Assembly (NCBI GenBank): GCA_963677435.1
Contig: OY781945.1
Span: 2,080,001-2,144,000 of the forward strand
DNA: 64,000 nucleotides
Direction of reading: 5' to 3'
Origin: an uncultured Aliarcobacter sp.
GTDB taxonomy: Bacteria > Campylobacterota > Campylobacteria > Campylobacterales > Arcobacteraceae
The first letter of the stretch is position 1, and each line of letters starts with the position of its first letter. The position numbers and the translations under genes were made by a program. The notes below the pieces were generated by a model, which was not told the origin of the DNA, made no database searches, and was given only the letters and a program-made list of their open reading frames with translations. Positions 1 through 10,011 of the stretch are shown piece after piece.

Positions 1-1
1 A

Positions 2-2920
2 AATTTAGATGAAAATCTAACATTAAAAACAAGTATTAAAAAGGTTGAATTTAATCCTTTTACTTTTGCTGCAAAAATTCATGATTTCAAATTATCAGAT
101 TCAAATAATATCCCAACTATATCATTCAGTGAATTTTCAATAAACTTTGCATTTCTAAAATCAATCGACAAAGTAGCTATCTGTTTCAAAGATATTCTTT
201 TAAAAGATGCTTTTGTAAATATTATTGAAGAAAAAGATGGAAGTATAAATTTAGCAAAACTTGTAAAACCCTCACCTGTTGAAGATAAGAAAGAAGAACC
301 AAGTAGTTCTTCAAATATTGAATTTTTAATTTCAAAACTTGTACTTGAAAATGCAAATATTAAATATTCAAATCAAGATGAAAAACCTTATTCTTTAAAC
401 TTAGAAAACATAAATTACACTTTGTATGACTTAGGAACTTATAAGAACATCCTTTCATCAAATGATTTAGAACTCAAATTAAATGAACATACCCATATTT
501 CAGTAGTTGGAGCTTTTAATTTAGTGCCATTTAAAGCCTATGGAAAAATCACTATTGATGATTTAAGGCTAAAAGAGTTATTAGCCTATAAAGAAAATTT
601 CTTTAATTTTGACCTAAATGAAGAAGCAAATTTAAATTTAATATTAAATTACAATGTAGATACTACAGGAAATTTAGAGTTACAACTAAGAAGTGAGAAA
701 CTTGAACTTAATAAAATAAATCTAAACCAAAATAAAACTTCAATAGCAAATCTTGAAAAACTTGACATTAAAAATTTTACTTTTGACTTACAAAAACAAG
801 ATATAAATCTTGATGATATTGATTTTAATACACTAAAAACAACTATGATTTCAGATAAAAATGGAATAAATTTCGCAAATCTTATCAAAGAGACAAAAAA
901 TACAGATGAAGTAAAAAAACAAGAAGAACCAACAACTAAAACTCAAGAGCTATCAAAACCTTGGAATGTAAATCTATCAAATATAAAAGTAAATAATAGT
1001 GATTTTAGCTTTTTAGATAAAGTAAATAATAGTACAGCTAAAACTAAAGCTTTTAATATAAGCCTAGATAAATTAAAAATAGTTAATTCAGATGTAAGCT
1101 TGAATAATCTACTTTTAAAAACTCCTACTCTTTCATATAATGACAATAAAAATAGTTTATTTATATCTTCAAAAAATACAAATATAAATCTTGACAACTT
1201 AGCTTTAAAAGATTCTATTTTAGATATAAATAAAATTGAAATAACAAAAGATAAACTTACATTAAATGATAAAAAATCAAATTTTGATTTAGACTCAAAC
1301 AAGCTAAATCTTTTAGTAAATAAACTGAAGATTGTAAATAATAAAACTTCTATTGATAATGTAAATCTAAAAAGTTCAACTTTAGGTTTTGATGATAACA
1401 CATCAAAAATGAAAATTGATGGTACAAATATAAATGTTAATGTTAATGCTTTTTTACTTGATAATCAAGCTATTTCTATAAAAGCAATTAAACTTGATAA
1501 ACCATCAATAAAAATGAGTGATAAAACAAATAATATAGAACTAAATGCAAAAGATATTCAGCTTCAAGTTAATAACCTACTTAATAACAAAGATGATTTA
1601 TCAATAAACTCAATTAGACTAATAGAGCCTAATCTTGATTTTTTAAATACAAGTGACAAAACAAAAATTCAGGCAAAAAACTTAGATTTAGAGATAAAAA
1701 AACTATCTAATTCTACAAAAAAAGGTTTCAAGATTGAAAATACAAATCTAAATAAACCAAATATCTCTGTAATTTTGGCAAAAAAAGATTCAACTAAAGA
1801 AACAGTAAAAAGTGTAGAAAAACCACAAAATACAACAAAAACTAAGTTTATTAGTAAAAAAGATAGTTCAAATAAATCTTCTAAAACAAAGATTGAAATT
1901 GGCCCTATGAATATTACAAATGCAATATTTACTTTTGAAGATAAAAATTTACCACTTCCTTTTAAAACAACTGTAACAAAACTAAATGGGAAAATTTCTG
2001 AGTTTAAAAATAGAAGATCAAGTACTTCAAATCTTGAAGTAAAAGGTGTAGTTGACGAATATGGAGTTGCTAAAATCACAGGATTGGTTCATCCAAATAA
2101 TATAAAAATATTAACAGATATAAATCTGATTTTTAATAACATTGCTATAAAAAACTTCACTCCTTATTCTGGTAAGTTTGTAGGAAGAGAAATAAAAGAT
2201 GGGAAACTAGATTTAGATTTAAAATACAATATTGAAAAATCAAATCTTGAAGCAAAAAATAATATAGTTATCACAAAATTAGAACTTGGAAACAAAGTAG
2301 AAAGTCCAGATGCTATCTCTTTGCCTTTAGATATTGCTATTACTTTACTAAAAGATTCAAACGGTGTAATTGATATAAATCTTCCAGTTTCTGGAAATGT
2401 AGATGACCCACAATTTGCAATTGGTTCTATTCTTTGGAGAGCCTTTGTAAATCTAATGACAAAGGCTGTAACTGCACCATTTTCACTTCTTGGGGCATTA
2501 TTTAACTTTAGTCCTGATGAGATAAAAACTGTACGATTTGCTCCATTAGAAAAAGAAATTGGACCTATTCAAAAAGAGACTTTAGATAAAATTGCTCAGA
2601 TTCTAAAATCAAAAAGTGAAATAGCTATAAAATTAATACCCTCATACAATAATAATGATGAAATTTATGCTTTAAAAAAACAGAAATATCTTGCTAAAAA
2701 ACAAGATGATACAAATCTAAAAAAAGAAGAAATTGAATCATTAATTTCAAAAGAAAATGTAAAAACATCTCAATTAGAAAAAATTGCAAAAACAAGAGTA
2801 TCAAATATAAATAAATATTTAATAAAAGAAAAAGCAATAAGTTCTAAACAAATTATTATAGAAAATAAAATTGAAAATAATAGCTCTTCTATAATTTTAG
2901 ATATTTCAAAAATTAAATAA
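2..2920 (+). CDS. DUF748 domain (AsmA-like) envelope protein, 5' end outside window
   Basis: Frame is open from nt 2 (NLDENLTLKTSIKKVEFNPFTF...). Contains the FNPF motif, FTPYSGKFVGREIKDGKLDLDLKY and LPLDIAITLLKDSNGVIDINLPVSGNVDDPQF, all typical of DUF748 proteins. The ORF-track start at 422 is internal. Confidence 0.8.
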   Translation, partial: NLDENLTLKTSIKKVEFNPFTFAAKIHDFKLSDSNNIPTISFSEFSINFAFLKSIDKVAICFKDILLKDAFVNIIEEKDGSINLAKLVKPSPVEDKKEEPSSSSNIEFLISKLVLENANIKYSNQDEKPYSLNLENINYTLYDLGTYKNILSSNDLELKLNEHTHISVVGAFNLVPFKAYGKITIDDLRLKELLAYKENFFNFDLNEEANLNLILNYNVDTTGNLELQLRSEKLELNKINLNQNKTSIANLEKLDIKNFTFDLQKQDINLDDIDFNTLKTTMISDKNGINFANLIKETKNTDEVKKQEEPTTKTQELSKPWNVNLSNIKVNNSDFSFLDKVNNSTAKTKAFNISLDKLKIVNSDVSLNNLLLKTPTLSYNDNKNSLFISSKNTNINLDNLALKDSILDINKIEITKDKLTLNDKKSNFDLDSNKLNLLVNKLKIVNNKTSIDNVNLKSSTLGFDDNTSKMKIDGTNINVNVNAFLLDNQAISIKAIKLDKPSIKMSDKTNNIELNAKDIQLQVNNLLNNKDDLSINSIRLIEPNLDFLNTSDKTKIQAKNLDLEIKKLSNSTKKGFKIENTNLNKPNISVILAKKDSTKETVKSVEKPQNTTKTKFISKKDSSNKSSKTKIEIGPMNITNAIFTFEDKNLPLPFKTTVTKLNGKISEFKNRRSSTSNLEVKGVVDEYGVAKITGLVHPNNIKILTDINLIFNNIAIKNFTPYSGKFVGREIKDGKLDLDLKYNIEKSNLEAKNNIVITKLELGNKVESPDAISLPLDIAITLLKDSNGVIDINLPVSGNVDDPQFAIGSILWRAFVNLMTKAVTAPFSLLGALFNFSPDEIKTVRFAPLEKEIGPIQKETLDKIAQILKSKSEIAIKLIPSYNNNDEIYALKKQKYLAKKQDDTNLKKEEIESLISKENVKTSQLEKIAKTRVSNINKYLIKEKAISSKQIIIENKIENNSSSIILDISKIK

Positions 2921-3007
2921 ATATTATATTTACTTATAATTAAAGAATAATATTGACTTATTATTCTTTATGTGTTAATATCCTAAAAATCAAATTTTAG
3001 GATATTA

Positions 3008-3559
3008 ATGAATAAGATATTACCTCTTTTAATAATAGGATTACTTAGTGTAATTATCTACTCAACATTTAAAGAAATCACAAAAAGTTCAAAAATAAAA
3101 AGATTAGAATGTCAGTCACATACAACTACTTACGAAAAGATATTTGTTGATAATCCTATAGAAGATGCCATAAAATCTTTAGAATCAAATAACTATGAAA
3201 TAATCTCCGAAATAAAATATTCAAAATTTATGAAAAGTCATTTAATAGAAATTTTAACTAAAAAGCAAAGTGATGAAATTTTAGTAAAAACTATAGATAA
3301 ATATACAAATAAAAATCTATCTGCTAATGAAAAAATTTTGATTGATTATTATATTTATGAAAATGACAAAGAAGATAGTGGTAAAAAAAATGATAAAGCA
3401 AAACTATATGCTGGATATATAGTATTTGAATTTAAGTATGAAGATAAACTTGTGTATAAAATACAAACTGATTATATGAATATTGATGCAAATGATTTAG
3501 AAGAGAGAATGGATTGTGTAATTAATTCATTTATATCAATTAATAAAAAAGGGAAATAA
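3008..3559 (+). CDS. Conserved hypothetical protein with N-terminal membrane anchor
   Basis: 183-aa ORF with AGGA RBS, hydrophobic N-terminus and a YENDKEDSGKK motif. Its stop overlaps the next start (TAATG). Confidence 0.7.
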   Translation: MNKILPLLIIGLLSVIIYSTFKEITKSSKIKRLECQSHTTTYEKIFVDNPIEDAIKSLESNNYEIISEIKYSKFMKSHLIEILTKKQSDEILVKTIDKYTNKNLSANEKILIDYYIYENDKEDSGKKNDKAKLYAGYIVFEFKYEDKLVYKIQTDYMNIDANDLEERMDCVINSFISINKKGK

Positions 3560-3957
3560 TGAAAGAAAAAATATTTAAAGAAAAATATCCAATATTCGAA
3601 ATAGAATTTAAAAAAAATGAATTAAAATATAAAAATGTAGATGAAATAATTGTAGCACTAAAAGAAAAAATTGATGCCAATCCAGTTATTGCATTTATAG
3701 CTATTTTTGACCACTATAAACATACTTTGAGTTTACAAGATGGAATAATTAATCCAAATATTAAAGATGCAAAAAATATAATCTTTTGTTTTGGAAAAGA
3801 GATACCAACACCTGAAATAATGGCAGTTCGTCCTAGAAGTATTGGTGTTTGTGAAATGCAAGATTCATTTGTAATAAATTTTTTAGAAGCTCCAAGTGAA
3901 ACTGTAAATAAAACCATTAAAGAGTTTATAAAATCTCTAAAAACTTATATTTATTAA
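3559..3957 (+). CDS. Conserved protein (DUF6858/DUF302-like)
   Basis: Motifs FDHYKHT and IIFCFG...MAVRPRSIGVCE...FLEAP. Confidence 0.6.
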   Translation: MKEKIFKEKYPIFEIEFKKNELKYKNVDEIIVALKEKIDANPVIAFIAIFDHYKHTLSLQDGIINPNIKDAKNIIFCFGKEIPTPEIMAVRPRSIGVCEMQDSFVINFLEAPSETVNKTIKEFIKSLKTYIY

Positions 3958-3965
3958 GCTAAAAG

Positions 3966-6167
3966 CTAAAGTTTTATAACTTTAGCTCCAAAACCACCAC
4001 TACTTGGATGCGCATCTTCAAAACCTCTAACTTTTGGATGTTTTTTTAAGTACTCTTTAACTGCAAATGCTAATTTTCCAGTTCCAATTCCATGATAAAC
4101 TAAAACCTCTTCAAAGCCTGCAAGTAAGGCATCAGATAAAAACTTATCGAGATTTTCTAGGGCTTCTTCAGCTCTTTGTCCGTGTAAATCTAATTTTATA
4201 CTTCCAGTTTCTGGTTTTTCTATAGTTATAGTTGCTTTTTTAGTAGGAATTTTTGGAGGTGGATTTCCACTTCTACTTAAATCTGCAAGTAACACTTGAA
4301 CTTTCATTCCCATGTCATTTTCAATAAAAGCTTTTGCACCTTTGATTGAAACAATTGTTCCTTTTGTATTTCTATATTTTACTCTATCCCCTGCTTTGAA
4401 CTCAACAACTTCTTGAACTTTTTCAGTTTTGATTTCTGTTGCAATTTTGTGGGCGATGTTTAGATGTTGGTGTGATTCCCCAACAAGTTTTGCTTTAATA
4501 GCTTTTTTTGCTTCATCTCGAGCATTACTATACTCTTTGTGAAGTTTTGATTTTTCTGAGTAGATATGTTCATCTAGTTTCTCTTTTTGGTCTTTTAGAT
4601 TTCCAGAGATTCTTTTCATTTCTACAATCTCTTCATCTAGTTTTGCAATTTTTTGTCTATATTCTCTCTCTAGGGAACTACTTCTCTCAATCAACTCATT
4701 TAATTTATCTTTATCATCTCCATAAACCTCTTTTGCTCTTTTTACAACACTATGAGGAATTCCATATCTTGAAGCTGTTTCAAAGGCATAAGAGCGACCT
4801 ATTGTTCCTTGTAAAAACTCATAAGTTGGTCTTTGGTTCTCTTCATCATAAATTGCAGCTATTAACTCAACATCATCATTTGAAGCCATAAGTGCTGCTA
4901 ATCTTTTATGGTGAGTTGTGATAATTACTTTTATATCTCTTTGAATTAAATCTTCAATTATTACTTTAAACAGACTTGCTGCTTCATCTGAATCAGTTCC
5001 AAGTTCTATCTCATCAACTCCAACAATCGCATTTTTAGAAGCAAAAAGTTTTGAGAATTCTACCATACGACCTGCAAATGTAGAAATATCATTTTTTACA
5101 CTTTGAGGGTCATCTAAAACTGCATTTATTGATTTAAAATTACTCACAACCGTATCGTGGTGAGCTTTATATGGAAGTAGATATTTTGAAAGAAAAACAG
5201 CTGATAAAATTGATTTTAACATCATTGTTTTTCCCCCTGCATTTACTCCGGTAATCATAACAACTGATTTTGTAAAATCAATACTAATCGGTTTTGCATT
5301 ATGTAAGGCTGGGTGACAAAAATCTACAAGTTTATTAACATTGTTTTTTGAAGGAAGAATAAAATTTTTATCCCCTGCTTTTGCAAAAAATAGTCTTGCT
5401 TGATAATGATCAAATTTATCAAACTCTTTATTTATAAACTTTAAAAATAGAAGATTTTTTTCAAAAAGTGAAGAAATCTCTTTACAAATCTTATATAAAA
5501 TTTCTTCTTGTTTATTTTTTAAATCACTTTGTTTTTGTTTTAATTCTGAAATACTATGAGGAACAACATAAAAAAATCCAGAGTTAGAACGGTCAATTAC
5601 AGAACCATTTAATACATGATTAAATCCACCACGAACAAGTAAAGATTCTTCACCATTTATATAATGAACTTGAGAATCCACTAAATATGATCTGATTTTT
5701 GAAGAGTTTATAGTTTTATAAAGACTTTGTTTTATTGCTTCTTTGTTTTTTGAAATAGCATGTTTTATGTTATCAAAGTCTTCGTTTATTCCATCTTTTA
5801 GATTTGCTCTATCATCAAAGTAATCTGAGATTTTTAAAATATCATTAGGAATAGTTATCTTATCAATCCACTCAGCAAGCTTTCCATCAAAGTTAAATCT
5901 TTTTAAATATCTAAAATAATTAATTATTTTAATAAATTCAAAAATATCATCAATTTTTAAAACACCCTGCTTTTGAATATGCATCAAAGGTGTATCCAAA
6001 TTTTCAATTTTATTTGGCGCTTTAATATCAAATTTTGATAATTCGTTTATAAGTTTAAAATGAAGGTTTATATCACCTTCTAAAATAATAGATTTTTCTC
6101 TAGCCATAAGTTTTGAGAAAGTATCTATGTAGTCAATTAAGTCTAGTTTTTTTAATATATTTTGCAT
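3966..6167 (-). CDS. mutS2: Endonuclease MutS2
   Basis: Walker A TGVNAGGKT, STFAGRM, DEIELGTD, a coiled coil, and a C-terminal Smr domain (LDLHG...HGIGTG...GGFGA). Confidence 0.95.
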   Translation of the reverse strand: MQNILKKLDLIDYIDTFSKLMAREKSIILEGDINLHFKLINELSKFDIKAPNKIENLDTPLMHIQKQGVLKIDDIFEFIKIINYFRYLKRFNFDGKLAEWIDKITIPNDILKISDYFDDRANLKDGINEDFDNIKHAISKNKEAIKQSLYKTINSSKIRSYLVDSQVHYINGEESLLVRGGFNHVLNGSVIDRSNSGFFYVVPHSISELKQKQSDLKNKQEEILYKICKEISSLFEKNLLFLKFINKEFDKFDHYQARLFFAKAGDKNFILPSKNNVNKLVDFCHPALHNAKPISIDFTKSVVMITGVNAGGKTMMLKSILSAVFLSKYLLPYKAHHDTVVSNFKSINAVLDDPQSVKNDISTFAGRMVEFSKLFASKNAIVGVDEIELGTDSDEAASLFKVIIEDLIQRDIKVIITTHHKRLAALMASNDDVELIAAIYDEENQRPTYEFLQGTIGRSYAFETASRYGIPHSVVKRAKEVYGDDKDKLNELIERSSSLEREYRQKIAKLDEEIVEMKRISGNLKDQKEKLDEHIYSEKSKLHKEYSNARDEAKKAIKAKLVGESHQHLNIAHKIATEIKTEKVQEVVEFKAGDRVKYRNTKGTIVSIKGAKAFIENDMGMKVQVLLADLSRSGNPPPKIPTKKATITIEKPETGSIKLDLHGQRAEEALENLDKFLSDALLAGFEEVLVYHGIGTGKLAFAVKEYLKKHPKVRGFEDAHPSSGGFGAKVIKL

Positions 6168-6242
6168 GGCGGGATTATATCTAAAAGGGTATAAAATATT
6201 CTTTCGAAAATTTAATTTTTTATCTATTAAATTAAATCTTAT

Positions 6243-6265
6243 ATACCACTAAATGGACACCAAAA
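6243..6265 (+). promoter_or_regulatory. 11-bp-period direct-repeat site upstream of ccoN (putative response-regulator box)
   Basis: ATACCACTAAATGGACACCAAAA. Near-identical sites occur at 13561-13583 and 14739-14761. Confidence 0.5.
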
Positions 6266-6363
6266 TTTTATAAACTCAAACACATAGGGGATTCTGTTTA
6301 TGTAATTATATTTGATTACAGCTTTGCAGATTATACTTATATATAATTATGAGGAGAAAATTG

Positions 6364-7830
6364 ATGCAGAATAATGCACAGATTGAGTACGATTACTCAG
6401 TTGCAAAAGCTTTTACTGTTGTTGCAATTTTGTTTGGTATCATAGGTATGACACTTGGTGTTGTACTTGCGTTTCAATTGGCGTTTCCACAGTTAAGTAA
6501 TTTAGCTGGGGAGTATGGTACATTTAGTAGATTAAGACCAATTCATACAAATGGAGTTACTTTTGGTTTTACATTAAGTGGTGCATTTGCTGGATGGTAT
6601 TATATCTCACAAAGGGTATTAAAAGTTTCATTAAAAGAGTCACCTTTTTTAATGGTTATCGCAAAAATGCACTTTGTTCTTTACTTTATAACTATTCTTT
6701 TAGCTGTAATTACTTTATTCATGGGTTTTACAACTTCGAAAGAATATGCTGAGTTAGAATGGCCTTTAGATATCTTAGTTGTTGTTTGGTGGGTTTTATG
6801 GGGTATTTCAATTTTTGGATTAATTGGAATTAGAAGAGAAAGAACTCTTTATATCTCTATTTGGTACTTTATTGCAACATTCATTTCTATTGCAATGTTA
6901 TATTTATTTAATAATATGGAAGTTCCAACTGCACTAGTATCAGGTTATGGTTCATGGATTCACTCTGTTTCAATGTATTCAGGTACAAATGATGCTTTAG
7001 TTCAATGGTGGTATGGACACAATGCTGTTGCATTCGTATTTACTGTACCAATTATTGCCCTAAGTTATTATTTCTTACCAAAAGAGTCTGGTCAGAATGT
7101 TTATTCTTATAAACTTTCAATCTTATCTTTCTGGGGATTATTATTTGTTTATTTATGGGCTGGTGGACACCATCTTATTTATGCAACTGTTCCAGACTGG
7201 ATGCAAACAATGGGTTCTGTTATGTCAGTTGTTTTAATTTTACCATCATGGGGATCAGCTATTAATATGCTTTTAACAATGAAGGGTGAGTGGCAACAAT
7301 TACAAACAAATACACTAATTAAATTTATGGTATTAGCTTCAACTTTCTATATGTTATCAACTATTGAAGGACCAATTCAAGCTATTAAATCTGTAAATGC
7401 TATTGCACACTTTACTGACTGGATTCCAGGACATGTACATGATGGTGTTTTAGGATGGGTTGTATTTATGATTATGGCAGCACTATTCCATATGGTTCCA
7501 AGAATGTATAAAAGAGAGATTTACTCAAAATCATTAATGGATACACAATTCTGGTTACAAACTACAGGTATCGTTTTATACTTTACTTCAATGTGGATTG
7601 CAGGAATTACACAAGGTATGATGTGGAGAGCTTACGATGAATATGGATCATTAGTTTACTCATTTATTGATACAGTTACTGTATTACATCCATATTATAC
7701 AATTAGAGCAGTTGGTGGGTTGTTATACCTAATTGGATTCTTTATGTTTGCATTTAATATTTATAAAACTATTAGATGTGGAAGAGTACTTGATAAAGAA
7801 CCAGTAAATGCTACACCAGTAGCTGCGTAA
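6364..7830 (+). CDS. ccoN: cbb3-type cytochrome c oxidase subunit I
   Basis: Motifs RLRPIHTN, WWYGHNAVAF, WAGGHHL and GHVHDG. The GAGGAG RBS at 6351 favours the ATG at 6364. Confidence 0.98.
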   Translation: MQNNAQIEYDYSVAKAFTVVAILFGIIGMTLGVVLAFQLAFPQLSNLAGEYGTFSRLRPIHTNGVTFGFTLSGAFAGWYYISQRVLKVSLKESPFLMVIAKMHFVLYFITILLAVITLFMGFTTSKEYAELEWPLDILVVVWWVLWGISIFGLIGIRRERTLYISIWYFIATFISIAMLYLFNNMEVPTALVSGYGSWIHSVSMYSGTNDALVQWWYGHNAVAFVFTVPIIALSYYFLPKESGQNVYSYKLSILSFWGLLFVYLWAGGHHLIYATVPDWMQTMGSVMSVVLILPSWGSAINMLLTMKGEWQQLQTNTLIKFMVLASTFYMLSTIEGPIQAIKSVNAIAHFTDWIPGHVHDGVLGWVVFMIMAALFHMVPRMYKREIYSKSLMDTQFWLQTTGIVLYFTSMWIAGITQGMMWRAYDEYGSLVYSFIDTVTVLHPYYTIRAVGGLLYLIGFFMFAFNIYKTIRCGRVLDKEPVNATPVAA

Positions 7831-7844
7831 GAAAAGGAGAAATT

Positions 7845-8528
7845 ATGTTTCATTGGTTTGAACAAAGACCGTTTTTCTTTGCGGTACTAGTATTTTTATT
7901 CGTTGCATTTGCAGGTATCGTAGAAGTTATTCCAGATTTTGCAAAACAAAGTAGACCAACTGTTGGTACAAAACCATACAGTGTATTAGAATTAGCAGGA
8001 AGACAAGTATATATAAAAGATTCTTGTAATGCTTGTCACTCACAATTAATTAGACCTTTCAAAGCAGAAACAGATAGATATGGAATGTATTCTTTATCTG
8101 GTGAGTATGCATATGATAGACCATTTTTATGGGGATCAAAAAGAACTGGTCCAGATTTAATGAGAGTTGGAAATTATAGAACTACAGATTGGCATGAAAA
8201 CCATATGTATGAACCATCAGCTGTTGTTCCTGGAAGTATTATGCCATCGTATAAACACCAATTTACAAATAAAGCTGATTTAGATACAGCATATGCAGAA
8301 GCATATACAGTAAAAACAGTATTTGCAACACCATATGATCAAGATTTAAATGGTGATGGAAAAATTGATGTTGAATTAGGTGATTACGCTACAGCAATTG
8401 CAAAAGCGAAAGAAGACGCAAAAGCGATTGCAGATGGAATGAAAAATGAAGCTATAAAAGATGCTGTTGCAAACGGTCAAATTCCTGAAATAGTTGCATT
8501 AATTGCATATTTAAATTCTTTAAAATAG
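7845..8528 (+). CDS. ccoO: cbb3 oxidase subunit II (monoheme c)
   Basis: CNACH heme motif, WGSKRTGPDL and PGSIMP. Confidence 0.97.
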   Translation: MFHWFEQRPFFFAVLVFLFVAFAGIVEVIPDFAKQSRPTVGTKPYSVLELAGRQVYIKDSCNACHSQLIRPFKAETDRYGMYSLSGEYAYDRPFLWGSKRTGPDLMRVGNYRTTDWHENHMYEPSAVVPGSIMPSYKHQFTNKADLDTAYAEAYTVKTVFATPYDQDLNGDGKIDVELGDYATAIAKAKEDAKAIADGMKNEAIKDAVANGQIPEIVALIAYLNSLK

Positions 8529-8536
8529 AGGTTGTT

Positions 8537-8761
8537 ATGGACTACGATTCACTTTTAACATTACAAGGTTATTCTAGATTCTTTATGATTCTAGTAATAT
8601 TTATCATATTTTATTCTTACGCTTATTCTATTTATAAGAGGGATAAGACAGGAGAGCGAGATTATGAGAAATATTCAAAACTTGTGCATGATGATTCAAG
8701 TGTTTCAGTTCCTCTTGAAGAAAGAAAAAAAGATAAAGATATAGATAATAAGGAGAAATAA
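8537..8761 (+). CDS. ccoQ: cbb3 oxidase subunit IV
   Basis: Small single-TM protein between ccoO and ccoP with G-x-RDYEKYS-x-L-x-x-DD. Confidence 0.9.
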   Translation: MDYDSLLTLQGYSRFFMILVIFIIFYSYAYSIYKRDKTGERDYEKYSKLVHDDSSVSVPLEERKKDKDIDNKEK

Positions 8762-8762
8762 G

Positions 8763-9653
8763 ATGAAGTCTATGGTTATAGGTGGAATAATTCTTATCAT
8801 CGCTTTATTAGCAGGAACTTACTTTGCAGCAGGTGATGCTTTTAATGGTGATGATTATATTAACAGCTTAGCAATGCTGGGTGCGGTTGCTATTATTACA
8901 ATTTCAGTATTTGTTGTATTAAAATATGTTAATCAAATGAAAAATGATACTGCAAGTGGTGAATTAGCTGAAGAGAAATGGGATGGAATTGGTGAATATA
9001 GAAATGCTGTTCCAACTGGTTGGGCTTTAGCATTTATAGGAACAATTATTTGGATGTTCTGGTATTTTACTGTGGGTTATCCAATAAATGGGTTTTCACA
9101 AGTTGGTCAATGGAATGAAGAGACATTAGAATATAATGCGAAATTTGAGAAAAAATGGGAGAATCCATCGCAGGAGACTCTAAAAGCAATGGGTCAATCA
9201 ACTTTCCTAGTTCAATGTGCACCTTGTCATGGTGTAGATGCTGAAGGGATTGATGGGAAAGCTCATAACTTAACAAAAAGAATTTCTAAAGAGCAAGTTG
9301 TTTATACAATTAAAAATGGTGCGAATAACTTAAAAACAGTATATCCAGGTGGAATGCCTCCAATGATGTTAACAGAAGATGCAGATATAAATGCAGTTGC
9401 TGATTATGTTGCTGGTGGATTTAAAGGTGAACAACCTGCTTCATTTGCTACTTGTGCTGGATGTCATGGTGATGATGGAAAAGGTATGGAGTTTGTAGCT
9501 CCAAACATCAGAGCTTATGATGATGCTTTAGTAACTGCTGTTCTAAAAAATGGTAAAAAAGGTGCTATAGGATCAATGCCAAGTTTTGATGGTAGATTAA
9601 ATGAGACACAAGAGAAAGCATTAGCTACATACTTAAGAAGTATAGGAGAGTAA
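8763..9653 (+). CDS. ccoP: cbb3 oxidase subunit III (diheme c)
   Basis: WDGIGEY N-terminal motif and two heme motifs, CAPCH and CAGCH. Confidence 0.96.
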   Translation: MKSMVIGGIILIIALLAGTYFAAGDAFNGDDYINSLAMLGAVAIITISVFVVLKYVNQMKNDTASGELAEEKWDGIGEYRNAVPTGWALAFIGTIIWMFWYFTVGYPINGFSQVGQWNEETLEYNAKFEKKWENPSQETLKAMGQSTFLVQCAPCHGVDAEGIDGKAHNLTKRISKEQVVYTIKNGANNLKTVYPGGMPPMMLTEDADINAVADYVAGGFKGEQPASFATCAGCHGDDGKGMEFVAPNIRAYDDALVTAVLKNGKKGAIGSMPSFDGRLNETQEKALATYLRSIGE

Positions 9654-9654
9654 G

Positions 9655-9897
9655 ATGGCTGGAAATACACAAATGAATGAGAACGAAAGAGGGACTTTTA
9701 AACTACATGGAATTACAGGTATGTTAGTAGCAGTTGTATTGCTATTAACAATATTAGGTGTATTAACATTTAATGGGATAAAAGTACAACAAAATGAGGC
9801 TAGTAATTTTTATAAAATCAATCAAGATTTAAATGCTATAAAAATGAATAGTTCAGATAATTATAAACAGTACCAACTTGTTGGTTCTGGTAAATAA
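9655..9897 (+). CDS. DUF4006 family membrane protein
   Basis: F-x-L-x-GITGML-x-A-x-x-LLL-x-IL motif. This position after ccoP is typical of Campylobacterota. Confidence 0.85.
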   Translation: MAGNTQMNENERGTFKLHGITGMLVAVVLLLTILGVLTFNGIKVQQNEASNFYKINQDLNAIKMNSSDNYKQYQLVGSGK

Positions 9898-9907
9898 GGA
9901 GAAAATT

Positions 9908-10000
9908 ATGTATCAAACTATTTGGTTTTTGCTTATATTGTCTGCTGTTATGACAGCATATTATGCATTTTTTGAATCTACAAGAGTATTTCTTGGTTAA
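9908..10000 (+). CDS. 30-aa hydrophobic peptide (not in ORF track)
   Basis: MYQTIWFLLILSAVMTAYYAFFESTRVFLG*. Has an AAGGAG RBS 6 nt upstream and fills the gap in the cco operon exactly. Confidence 0.75.
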   Translation: MYQTIWFLLILSAVMTAYYAFFESTRVFLG

Positions 10001-10011
10001 TAGGAAAAAAT

